Below, one piece after another: positions 24,728 through 35,660 of a stretch of DNA of 64,000 bases. Under the pieces are notes generated by a model. The model saw only the letters and a list, made by a program, of their open reading frames with translations, searched no databases and was not told the origin of the DNA. Within the stretch, counting starts at the first letter, position 1. Each line of letters starts with the position of its first letter. Origin of the DNA: Entomortierella parvispora E1425 (lineage: Eukaryota; Fungi; Mortierellomycota); NCBI GenBank assembly GCA_020891255.1, contig BQFW01000013.1:2170001-2234000 (forward strand), read 5' to 3'. Made by a program: the position numbers and the translations under genes.

Positions 24728-26984
24728 TCATGCTTTGTAGACTCGAGTGGGGGTGTGGAATCCAGGACGAGTGAGATTCACTCCAGTTGGTTGACTGCAA
24801 GATATGTCAGTAAGAGTTTGTTGCAATCGCTCACGCACATTAATGAATGTGTTGATGGTTGCAGCCAGCACACTAAAATCATATTGAGACCTAGGCGCAT
24901 AGACAACGGACAACAGGCGCATCACATAGATGCCTCTTGCTTCAAGACGCAAGGTGTAGAAGCGTCCCTCAGTACCTAAACATCACATGAGACAGGGTGT
25001 TATTGACAGGTATATGATATTGTACTTGATTATCAAGAGCGCATACAATCACACAATTTACCAGCAACAACCAGGCCAATCACCTCAATCTTCGAAGCAT
25101 CAGCACCTTGGGTATGCAGGTCGTCAATAGAGTCCTTCATCATCATCGCTAGTTTTTCCAGATCAACCTGAATCGCTGAACCTTGGCGCTGCCTTTTTCC
25201 TTCCATGAAAAAAAGATAAAGCGCTTTGCCAGGCAGTGACGATAGCAGGAAAAAGTCTGGGCGCCTGCCGCGGGAGTCCTCGTCAGGCTCTTTCCTTCTC
25301 TTCTCGCTTAGAGGAAACGTCTTATCCCTATGAATGAAATTCGTACTGATGATTACTACCGTATGCCCCACCGTGTGAACAAAATTCTGTTTGCAAGTCT
25401 CGCACGTACCATCTGCCCGTACTTGAGTCCACGCCGCAGACAAATGACTTGATCAAAGGATCAAAAACATGATTCAGTAATTCGTGTTCGTTGAAGGGAG
25501 GTGTGCTCCACAGAAAATCGTCTGCCACTAGCCCTGTCAAGGTCTTCTTGATGTCGCAGGGGCCAGTCCAGTTCAGGATTCTCTCTTCTGCATCACAATG
25601 CGACAGATTGCTGACCTCGATAGCTAATATTTGCAGCTCGGCGAGTGCGGGGCTGTCCATTTTTTGCTGTATGGATGAGGCCGTGATAGTCCCCCAATCC
25701 TTAGCACCTATGGCTGCGAATAGCGAGCTGGTCAAGTCATTTTTTTCGAAAAAATAAATGTGATTGACGACCCTGTGAAAGCAAGTGCATGGATGGGTGT
25801 TAGAAAATTGCAGCAGCAAAAAACAGACCTTGTGAACTGCTCATATAAGCTTACTTACAACTTTTCCGTAGAGCTCATCAGCGGGTCGAGGCGTTGTGCT
25901 TTGGATATGATGGCTTCCCGATATCGCCATAGTTTCGGTGCCATGTCTTGCCCATTCACATGCCATGGTGACCAAAGTTTCTGAGCAGTCCACGCTGCCA
26001 TTCCCTGCGAGATAAAAGACCGAACGTGATAACTCGCATTCCGATTCCGTCGTTTTCTGTGACAAAGGTTCCTCACAGTCCACTTCATCGCTCTCTCGGC
26101 TGATTTCGTACTGTCCTTCCTGGATCCTGCCAAATCCATGGTCCTCTTGGCGCTCGACGTCTTGCATTCCGACATCATCTTGCATCCCGCCATCGTCTTG
26201 GAACACGACATCGCCTTGGAACACGACATCGTCTTGGAACCCGACATCGTCTTGGATCTCGTCATCGTCTTGGATCTCGTCATCATCTTGGATCCCGCCG
26301 CCATCATCTTGGATCCCTACATCATCCTGGGTTCCGCCATCGTGTTGGATTTTCACATGAGAGGCCACGCGGCCATTGACGGTGCTTGACTGGATATCCT
26401 TGTTCTCTTTGCCACGCAGCGGTACTCGTCGCCTTTTGTCGGACCTGTTCTTCCTGTCAATATCTAGTTTTCAACAAGCGGGTAGTTAGTTACGCTCAGC
26501 ATTAGCATGGCTTATTGAAATTATAACTTAAGATCAACAGCCGGTACTCACCTTCATCGATGTTATCAATTGCACTTAGAATGTTACGGTGTGCAGACCG
26601 GAGCGTACGCTTTCTAATATTTTCACTAGACGCATCCAACACGTCATTTACAGACTCGGCGTTTTCCAGCTCGTGCCAAAATGTTCCCAGGCCTTTGTCA
26701 GGCAAATCCCAACTGTTTTGTAGTCTTTGGCCATTGTCCTTGAATTTTTGCTGTCGCGACTTGAGAAGGATTTGTAAGACGCTGACCCAATGCCCATGGA
26801 GTTTCTCCTTGTCTGCTGCCTTTAGACTACTAAATGTCCGAAAGTACTCAGCAGGATCATATCGATCTGGGTGTGTACGGATGAAATAGAAGGTATTCGG
26901 CAGTTTTGCCGATTTGAAGGGATGCACCGTCTTAACCGTCTTCGCCGTCTTGACCGACTTCACCGACTTCACCGACTTCACCAT
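24728..26984 (-). CDS. PD-(D/E)XK (restriction-endonuclease-fold) protein, five or more exons; one unexplained frame change in exon 2 (possible pseudogene)
   Basis: Exons 26984-26552, 26463-25859, 25772-25410, 25327-25062, 24975-24728. Nuclease-like GRRPDFFLL...FFMEGK...VDLEKLAMMMKDSID; terminal FHTP. Exon 2 begins in the DD-repeat frame but its end (PWHVNGQD...SSTEKL|VVNHIYFF) needs a different frame. Confidence 0.65.
26161..26350 (-). repeat. ~10 tandem 18-bp units encoding DDxxxQ
   Basis: DDVGIQ DDGGGIQ DDDEIQ DDDEIQ DDVGFQ DDVVFQ GDVVFQ DDGGMQ DDVGMQ. Confidence 0.9.
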
Positions 26985-27090
26985 CGTGGAGACCTATAGG
27001 GGCATTTGACATGCAAGACCAAAAGTGCAGTCAAGACGTGTAAAGCACAAAAAAAACATAAAGGAAAGAAGCCTACGCAAAACTGGAGAC

Positions 27091-28305
27091 ATTGCACCCC
27101 CCGACTTCGAGGGCCAAGCTGGATGTCTGTGACTCTAACTAACATACTACCACACCGTCGCGGCCCTCTTGTCTATAACGAGGGATTCGCGACAGTATTG
27201 AGAAGCAAAGTATGCATCCCTGCGATAGCAGCCTTCTCAGTGCAGCCATCCACACTCTCGCAGGACGGGACCAACTGTCCGAGCCGATAGAGCACTCCAG
27301 TGCTTTGCCATTGCCTGTTCAGCCAGACTAGCATATTTACATGCCAACTGAACACATTGCACCCCCCGACTTCGAGGGCCAAGCTGGATGTCTGTGACTC
27401 TAACTAACATACTACCACACCGTCGCGGCCCTCTTGTCTATAACGAGGGATTCGTGACAATATTGAGAAGCAAAATATGCAACCTGCGATAGCAGCCTTC
27501 TCAGTGCAGCCATCCACGTTCCCACAGGAGTGGACCAACTGTCCGAGCCGATAGAGCACTCCAGTGCACAGGGCAAAACACTCCAGAATGCACAAAAAAA
27601 TAGAAACAAAATGGATACTTACTTAAGGCAGCGGTAGATCGAGCTCCACCGATGAACGGTTAGGACTGGACTAACATAGATAAATGAGGAAGTGCCAGCG
27701 CGTAAGCGGATGAAAACATAATGCACACATCTGCTAAAGAGCGACTTCCGACAGTGATGAACATAAGGCGTCAAAGAAGTCAACGGACATAGAGACTGTA
27801 TGGGTGACCTACCGTACAGCTTGTCGAATGATGCAGAGGATGTGATGTGATGTGAAGGAGCTAAAGCCGTGGCGCAAACAAAGCCGCAAGAGGGAAATTG
27901 GGGATAGGGGCTCGAGAGGAGAAAAGCAGGAGCTGGGAAACAGCGACGAGACGGGAATGGATTGGAGGAAGGGGAGGACCAAGAAGACAAGAATGTGCGA
28001 GGGAGGGAGATGGAAAGGGACGATGGAGAGAGGCATCAGAAGCACGAGAGGCATCAGAAGCACGAGAAGCATCAGCGTGTTGTCGTTATTTCCTGCTCTG
28101 CAGGGAAATAAAGAGGCGCGTGCCTGCCCCCTTCTCTCGTTCGTCTCTTTTGGCGTCGTTTCTCTGTCTTCTTTTTCTGTTTAATCCCTCCCTCCCTTCC
28201 CTTCCCTTCCCTTCCCTTCCCTTGATCTGATCTCTACTGATCATGGAGCCACCCCTTGCCCTGCATCTGCTTCCCTTCACATTCTCATTGTCCATGCTGG
28301 TCATG
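27091..28305. repeat. Dispersed non-coding repeat family R2, copy A, with an internal ~212-bp direct duplication (27091-27302 / 27357-27567)
   Basis: attgcaccccccgacttcgagggccaagctgg... occurs twice; 27440-27730 matches 32110-32400; 27880-28290 matches 32880-33295 and 61680-62070. Confidence 0.85.
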
Positions 28306-28455
28306 ACTTAGATTTAAATCCTGCTTTCTTTTTTTTCTCTGCCCTCCTCACCCTCACTCTCGCCCCTACCCCATTTCATTAAATCTCAGTGTCCTCAATT
28401 AAGGTAATAGTATAGCTATCTTATTCCCAAAGAGCAAGCATGACATCGTCCCACA

Positions 28456-29018
28456 GACTTAGCAGAGGTGTGCTGGATGGTTGTTGATGTTTGTTGAAGT
28501 CAAACTCCTATCTCTGTACTCCTTGCGGCCAGAATGGCGAAGGAGATGTCAACTAGGTGCATCGCGGCCAGAATGGCGGGTGCATCAAGGTGTAGTATCT
28601 AATCATCAGATTCTGCGGCCAGAATGGCGGGAATCATTATTAGTTAGACTTAGCGGAGGTGTGCTGGATGTTTTTTGATGTTTGTTGACGTCAAACTCCT
28701 ATCTCTGTACTCCTTGCGGCCAAGAATGGCGAAGGAGATGTCAACTAGGTGCATCGCGGCCAGAATGGCGGGTGCATCAAGGTGTAGTATCTAATCGTCA
28801 GATTCTGCGGCCGGAATGGCGGGAATCATTATTAATTAGACTTAGCGGAGGTGTGCTGGATGTTTGTTGATGTTTGTTGACGTCAAACTCCTATCTCTGT
28901 ACTCCTTGCGGCCAAGAATGGCGAAGGAGATGTCAACCAGGTGCATCGCGGCCAGCATGGCGGGTGCGTCAAGGTGCAGTATCAAGTCGCCGGATTCTGC
29001 GGCCAGAATGGCGGGAAT
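28456..29018. repeat. Three tandem ~191-bp units, each with three internal GCGGCC(A)AGAATGGCG motifs
   Basis: Units start at 28456, 28647 and 28839 (gacttagc.gaggtgtgctgg). Confidence 0.95.
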
Positions 29019-29102
29019 TTGTCGCATCATTTCCATTCCTGTTCATTGCTTTTTCTGCTTTTTTGACAATACACTTTTGTTTTCATACTTTAGATCGGAC
29101 GT

Positions 29103-30010
29103 CATGAGTGTTGTAAAAGGGGCGACGGCGGCCAAGGTCGTGATCGAACAGCAACAAGAACTCGACGTTTCTTTTCCGTCGTTCGTCAAGGAGTTCAAAC
29201 TCCTTGACAAGGAAGGTGCAATAAGGCTGTACGGAGAGCTGCTTGAGTTGCCATGCCTCTGGTCAAATCGACAGGATCGACTCAAAGAGGAGCTACACTG
29301 ACTTTTTCCCGGAGGCGTTTGGATGCCTTTGGGTCGTCCCGGAAGACTTGGGTAGAACTGCACGTCGTGCAAAAGGAGTTAGAGGACCGCGCGGCGCGAT
29401 TGTGGCCAAAAAGAGATTGCAGGAGTGGCATCGCCGTCAGGACTCATCTAGGATCTCTGGCATTCTGCAGCCCACAAAAAACATCGGGAGAAACTTGTTC
29501 AACCAACTTCCTGCGACAGCTACAGCAAGGACATCTAGCAGGTTCTGATAGGAGTTGCACAGGATACTGAATGTGAAGTTGGCACTGTCCACGGTTTACC
29601 AAGAAGAGTACGGGGTGGAGAAAAACTCTGAAACACCGTTTCTACCCCAAGAAGCAAGACGTATTGGATATATGGTAAGACCAGGACAGTGAAGCCAACG
29701 AATAGATCCTAACTATGCAGTTCGGATGGCTGAGCTGACAAGGTCCCGACTTTTCTTTTGAACATATACAGTGACTTTTTATCTGAATAAAAATCGCTTC
29801 TTGTGTCCGCCCAGTCCCCAGTGCTCATATTCCGAAGGAGAAAGAGAAAAGACACTCTACTTTGTCAATCCTTCCAGTACATGCCACTGTCTATCAGTTA
29901 GCGGTTGCGGTCGACAGGCAGCCAAGTGGCGAGGAAATTAACCATGGTAGCGCTCAGTAGTGCGAAGATCTGAAGGCCAAATTTGTACAAGTCTGTGTAA
30001 GCCCATATAG
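29103..30010 (+). pseudogene. Duplicated block (= 14648-15566) with the same broken N-terminal remnant
   Basis: MSVVKGATAAKVVIEQQQELDVSFPSFVKEFKLLDKEGAIRLYGELLE...RLKEELH*, then frameshifted continuation. Confidence 0.7.
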
Positions 30011-30144
30011 ACTATCTGCTTGACTCGTGTTTATTTATCGATTTTCAACTCATACCCATTCTCTTCCTCGCTGTCGCTGTCATCGGTATAGTCGTACTCT
30101 CTCTCGCTCACACTATCATCTATATTATCATGTTCCCAGAGTGA

Positions 30145-31782
30145 TCAGGGAGATCGATCCTCACACGTACGAATACCCTTCTCCTCCACGATCTTCAGGA
30201 GCTCGTCACAGATTTCATCTTCCAGGTGCAGAACCGGACTTATCTGCTCCAAATGAGAAAAGTGGTCCATGATCCAACGGAGGTCCTCCACATCTAGACA
30301 TTGCACTGTGTCGTCAAAAAGCAGGAATTGTAGGCGTGTGATTGGTGCCAGCTTCGCTAGGCCGGACTGCAACTTGAATTGGGGGTTCCTCCACGTCACC
30401 CATAAATTCTCTGGGTGAAAGCTCGTGTCGCTAACGTCCAAAGTTTGTAGCTCGGTCAACTGCGAGAGTTGCTGAAAGACAATTTCGTCCCAATCGTCGC
30501 AGTCGTCGTCCTCCGTCCCGGATGGGAAGGGAAGGGTGAACGTGATGAACATTTTGAGGTACAAAAGTCCCTTACAAACCCAGGGGCGGACTTGACCGAG
30601 ATCTCGTACCGAATAGCTTGCAATGATCGTGTTCAACTCTGTCGGGTTCTCGTCCACATCTGCAGCAGCCTCGTCTTGCTCTTTTTTTCTCAAATCTGTC
30701 CGAGCATCCTCTTCAAGCCGTCTGGATCGCGCTTCCATGCCCTTCGTACCTTCCACGAGCTCGTGACCCTCTAGGACCGGGAGCGCCAGGTGAATCAACC
30801 TTGGGCAACTGGTGAGGATCCTCTGACTCATAAAGCTCCTCAAATCTCGACAACTGTCCAGTCGCAACTCTTCCAGAGTCTCAAAGTGCCGTTCCAGCGA
30901 CCGAAAAGACCTGTACCAGAATCCCGACGACGCAATCGCGAACTTGCGCAGGGGACCACAGGCTTCCAACAGCCATGAAACCTGTCGGTCGCTCATGTCA
31001 ATGTTGAGGCTCTGCAACGTGAGTTCCTGGAGCAGCGGCCATGTTGGAGTGTTGAGGCTCTTGAAAACTGTCGCGTCTGAGTGTGTACTCCGACCAGACA
31101 TTTCATTACCCCACCGCAGGCACTTCAAGCTAGGACACTGCTGGATCCACTTCAATTCCTGAGCCGTCGTATCAAACATGTCATGGATCTCGAGGTGCTC
31201 TATCAGCGGGAACTGGGGATCCGCCGTGAATGAATCGGACCAGATCGCACAACATCCCTTGAGGACCAACGTGGTGAGCGACCCTGCTAGGAGCATCAAT
31301 TGAGTCGTTTCCTCCTCAGAGTGAAGCTTGACAGACGTTAGGTGCAGCTCTCGAAGGGACTGAGGGCACTGGGTAAACATCAGTTTCCAGCAGGGTCGGT
31401 AGACATTTGGCTCTCGGTCAAAGATCGTCAGAGTGCGGAGGGAACGATTTGCCAAGACAAAGTCAACAGCGTTCCAATAAAGATCATTGTTTTCATAACT
31501 GTCGTCGTTGCAGCTGACAACAAGGCGCAGGAGGTTGTGACATTCAGACCGCAGTGGCGTGTACATGTCCAGATAACCTTTGCTGTCCATGCTGAGGTCG
31601 AGATGCCGAATGTGGTGGGCATGGCGAGTCAATCCTTCAATGGAGGTCCTTTGGCTCTCGATGGTATTGTAGAGACAGGGGATAAAAATTTGGTGCCACG
31701 TCAAGCAGACCCGGACGCACGATGCTAGCGAGTTGTTGTCCAGGTACCGACCGATTGTTTGCAAAAGTTCGGGGATGTCCAT
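30145..31782 (-). CDS. F-box-like / RNI-like leucine-rich-repeat protein, 545 aa
   Basis: Single long ORF. N-terminal MDIPELLQTIGRYLDNNSLASCVRVCLTWHQIFIP.LY F-box-like pattern; LxxLxL repeats (CPSLKCLRW, CPRLIHLAL, LQTLDVS); C-terminal LSQLTELQTL...FKLQSGLAKLA block. Confidence 0.85.
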   Translation of the reverse strand: MDIPELLQTIGRYLDNNSLASCVRVCLTWHQIFIPCLYNTIESQRTSIEGLTRHAHHIRHLDLSMDSKGYLDMYTPLRSECHNLLRLVVSCNDDSYENNDLYWNAVDFVLANRSLRTLTIFDREPNVYRPCWKLMFTQCPQSLRELHLTSVKLHSEEETTQLMLLAGSLTTLVLKGCCAIWSDSFTADPQFPLIEHLEIHDMFDTTAQELKWIQQCPSLKCLRWGNEMSGRSTHSDATVFKSLNTPTWPLLQELTLQSLNIDMSDRQVSWLLEACGPLRKFAIASSGFWYRSFRSLERHFETLEELRLDSCRDLRSFMSQRILTSCPRLIHLALPVLEGHELVEGTKGMEARSRRLEEDARTDLRKKEQDEAAADVDENPTELNTIIASYSVRDLGQVRPWVCKGLLYLKMFITFTLPFPSGTEDDDCDDWDEIVFQQLSQLTELQTLDVSDTSFHPENLWVTWRNPQFKLQSGLAKLAPITRLQFLLFDDTVQCLDVEDLRWIMDHFSHLEQISPVLHLEDEICDELLKIVEEKGIRTCEDRSP

Positions 31783-32109
31783 GAAGCCGAGTGTTGAATG
31801 AGATGAAGGAAGGAATGGTTCATTCTAATTCGAAATAAAGGCGCTCTCTCACTGCATACTAGGCATTCTAGAGTATGTAACCACCTTCTGGCCCCACTTA
31901 AAATGAAAGGCTGATTGGCGAGAAACCCTGGTGCGCGAAAGGTGGACGGGTCCAAAAACTGTCGAGAGCCCCAAGGAAATCCACGCAGTGCGTTCAAAGT
32001 ACAACTCGCACAAGGTGCCCGCGGAGGGCGTAGCATTGAGGGCGTAGCATTGAGGGCGTGCAAAAGTGTGCGCCCTTCCTGCAAAGCAATTTTATTTGGC
32101 GGATGCAGT

Positions 32110-33295
32110 GTCTATAACGAGGATTCGCGACAATATTGAGAAGCAAAGTATGCATCCCTGCGATAGCAGCCTTCTCAGTGCACTCTCGCAGGACGGGACC
32201 AACTGTCCGAGCCGATAGAGCACTCCAGTGCACAGGGCAAAACACTCCAGAATGCACAAAAAAATAGAAACAAAATGGATACTTACTTAAGGCAGCGGTA
32301 GATCGAGCTCCACAGACGAACGGTTAGGACTGGACTAATAACACAGATAAATGAAGAAGTGCTAGCGCGTAAGCGGATGAAAACATAATGCTCACTTCTG
32401 CTAGAGAGTGACTTCCGAGGAGACCTTGGAGGGAGATGAGCAGATGCTGGATTGTGGACACCCGGACTGAGCGCTGCTGCCACGGTTGCGTTGGCGTGCG
32501 GATACCCCACCATTACGCCTACAAGCAAGAGTAGTTTGTATGAGCGTATGCACAAACGTCCTCGCAGCATTAATGAGAAAACGCAGACATTACCTGAGGG
32601 TGGTCGTTGGACAATGATGTGGGTGTGGGTGTTGTCATTGGGATTCTCAGCGAACAATCGTCTGTTTGTTCAGCCTGATCGTCATTTCAAAGACGTTGAT
32701 CACTTTAATTGAGTCCTAATTGACGTCAGAATGGAGACACGCCAACAGAGGAAGGGTCTGTGTGTATCAGGGTGTGCAAGGCAGATCTGTTGATTTTCTT
32801 GACACGCCTGGAGTATCCAGTTGTAATGGCGGGGTGCATGTCGACAGGGTACGTATTTGACATGGATTGATTCCACGAAAAAAAGCACGAGCCGCAAGAG
32901 GGAAATTGGTGATGGGGGCTCAAGAGGAGGAAAGCGGGAGCTGGGAAACAGCGACGAGACGGGAATGGATTGGAGGAAGGGGAGGACCAAGAACAAGAAT
33001 GTGCGAGGGAGGGAGATGGAAAGGGACATCAGCATGAGAAAGCCTCAGCAAGGCGTGAGCTGTTGTCGTTATTTCCTGCTCTGCAGGGAAGCAAAGAGGC
33101 GCGTGCCTGTCCCCCCTTGTCCTGATCTGCTTGGACCCTTCTCTCGTTCCTCCCCCTTGGCGTCGTTTCTCTGTCTTCTTTTTCTCTTTAATCCCTCCAT
33201 CCCTTCCCTTCCCCTCCCTTCCCCTCCCTTCCCTTAATCAGATCTTCTCTAGTGATCATGGAGCCACCTTGCCTGCTTCCCTTCACATTCTTGTT
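32110..33295. repeat. Repeat family R2, copy B
   Basis: Matches 27440-27730, 27880-28290 and 61205-62070. Confidence 0.85.
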
Positions 33296-33908
33296 GCAAA
33301 CGAGACGAATGCCTCTCTGCAACGGCGTCCATAGCGTACAGTGGCGGGCATGGTGATAGTGGCGAAGGTGTATTCGACATCCTTGAACATGGTGGCGACC
33401 GTACGGGGAGTGGAACGTTGATCCGAGTCGCTTCTCTGATTGTCGTGCAGGTAGGCGTTCGGCCCACGCTTCTCGCACTTCTCGCATCGTTAGCTTAGCT
33501 TTCCCATCGACCCTGGAGAACTTTTTTCTTTTTAGGTCTCTTACCCGTCGACCTTGACGTCCTGTCACTCACCATCGACCCCTCTAAATAACTGACCTTC
33601 TTCGCTACCGACTAACCACTGACACCTTCGTGCTTCTCGAAGAGAATGCACAAAAAAACATGCACCTTGAGCCTTACAAATAGGGGTTCTTCTTTCACGG
33701 AGATCTTTTGTCTTGGATCTGCTGATATGATTGAATACGGGACGATCAGTTGGGGTATTGTCTCCGCCGGGGTCCACAGTCTCTATCGTTCATGATTGAG
33801 GACCATAGTTGGCCCTATAAAAAACCGAGCGACCGCATGCCGTGATTCCCTCCTCTTTATTCCTCGCCTTAGTCTTCAGTTAGCCACCACATCCATCCTT
33901 CCTACACT

Positions 33909-34091
33909 ATGCACTATCTAGCAAATGAACTGCGCTGTGTACGCAGTAAACAAACCACAACCACCATCGACTCGTTCTCAAACTGGATCGAATACGAGAC
34001 AACCAGAAGTCAACTAAGATCGAGCTCCTCACGCTTCCGAAGAAACTATGGCTCAGAATTCTGGGCCCTTCGGCTGTTCGAGAGACAGCAG
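33909..34091 (+). pseudogene. Short remnant with SRFRRNYGSEFWALRLFERQQ motif
   Basis: 14/21 aa identical to the opposite-strand motif at 34204-34266. Confidence 0.5.
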
Positions 34092-34203
34092 AGCGACGCC
34101 GTTACTTTTGACCTGAGTCCAGGGCATCATGGGAAGATGCTGACAGATGTTGCTGTGCAGTGGCTTCCATGGTGCAGGTTTGAACAATCAATTTCAAGAA
34201 CTT

Positions 34204-34400
34204 TTGTTGTCTTTCCAATCGCTTCAGGACCCAAAACTCGGCTCCGTAGTTCTTCGTGAATCTTGAGAAACGCCACTTGAGAGTACGTCCTGTTGTGCTA
34301 TTGACTGCTGTCTCTACGAGGAGCGCCAGATAATCTGCCTCAGCTTGTTCCTGATCCTGATAAGAAAAATGAGCCATAAAGGATGCGTTGACTCCTATTT
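34204..34400 (-). pseudogene. Short remnant SFMAHFSYQDQEQAEADYLALL...SRFTKNYGAEFWVLKRLERQQ
   Basis: Homologous to 34029-34091; the F..F...D...A...Y..LL pattern also resembles the remnants at 14.7 and 29.1 kb. Confidence 0.5.
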
Positions 34401-34567
34401 GAATCGCCCAATGTCGTTGCACCCCAGGATCGAAATCAGGCGCGTGCGGAACGTGTTAAATTCCAGGTGCTGGTAGACATCTCTACATTGTCAAGGAACG
34501 TCAGGGTAAAAGCCTCGAAAGTACACGAGATGTAAAGACAGAGGCTAAACAGGAAGCACTGACACAC

Positions 34568-35319
34568 CTCCACCCTCGAAATCTTTGAAGATCTTGTAGT
34601 TCGTAGCCGAGCCCATTTGTTTCAAGTTGGATGTGTAGTCGTTCCGACAAACGATACCGAGAGCTGTGAGTACTCACTCTTGAAAGATCCAACTCTTCTA
34701 GTATTGAGGGGACGTGGTACTCCAAGTACCCGCCTCTAGCAAGTGGACTCCATATAGTTGTGATTGGATGACTTGTGGATGAGGCTATCACTATCGCACG
34801 AGACAACCACATCACTCCGCCTCTGATGGGTAGTCGATCACGATCCACCCCTTTTCCCTCGGATACCGTGAAAGAGAAGAGCGTTGGGCGGCAGAGAAGT
34901 AAAAGGCGGCATTAAATGCTTTGTTGAGTTTTCGAAAATGGCTTTTCTGGAGTTTTTTGCCTTGTTGGTGGAGTTGCTCCATTTCCTGTAGCGACGCATC
35001 CGCGTTCAACAGCCCTGCTGTACATCGTGTCTGCTGCACTTCTCTTGTATTACGTTTTTCCTCTGGAGTCAGACCATCCATGTAAAGAACGGTCGTTGCA
35101 GGAGGAAAGCGGAGGCTCCGAAGTGCCTCTTCGAATACAGAGTTAGACGTTGCCTCATCGTGGTTGAGAAATGTGCGGCGGATCAAAGGGTAGAAAGCCC
35201 CGAGGATGTCTACCAGGTAGGTTGTGTCTGGAGGTCGAGAATTTTGAGGGCATTGTGGAAGAAGCTTGGGCAGATATCCATTCTTCTTCACAAAGGGCCA
35301 CAAGAAAGGAATGCCCATA
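34568..35319 (-). pseudogene. Truncated, frameshifted PIN/XPG-like gene; sister of exon 1 of the PIN-Fanzor gene
   Basis: MGIPFLWPFVKKNGY, VDILGAFY, LYMDG, YPSEAE*, then in shifted frames DVVVSCDSDSLIH, TIWSPLARG, LTALGIVCRNDY. Ends at a G|gt donor at the same position as the intact gene's first intron. Confidence 0.8.
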
Positions 35320-35519
35320 TTGTATTTGAGATGGAAGGGAAATAGAGGAAAGAGATAGAGACTAGGGATGGGGAGAGCAATCAGGAGAACAATGAGGGGA
35401 GTGGGTGTAGATGCAGGGCGGAGAGCGGGGAGGCGAAGGGAAAGGCAACAAGCAGCGCGTTTATAAAAATCCCCCCCCCTTGGCGAGGAAGAAGGCGCGC
35501 GTATGGCGCGTAGATGCCC

Positions 35520-35575
35520 CCAGCCAACGAGAGCCCACAATTGAAAGGAGGACAATTCACGCCATAATGACGTCA
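35520..35575 (-). promoter_or_regulatory. Upstream module of the PIN pseudogene (TGACGTCA, CCCACAATT, CCAGCCAA.GAGAG)
   Basis: Same motifs as 40240-40300, at about the same ~250-bp distance from the ATG. Regulatory role is inferred. Confidence 0.4.
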
Positions 35576-35660
35576 CTGGACGAAATTATAGCATAAACTG
35601 TGCCCCAATCAGCAATGTGGTGTGTGGGTCCAAACACACAAAAAAACTAGCCTTTGTCTA

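Noticed and set aside
28456-29018. CRISPR-like array (short repeats with intervening sequences)
   Set aside because: The intervening sequences recur between the three units, repeats are only ~15 bp, no cas genes are present, and the context is eukaryotic.
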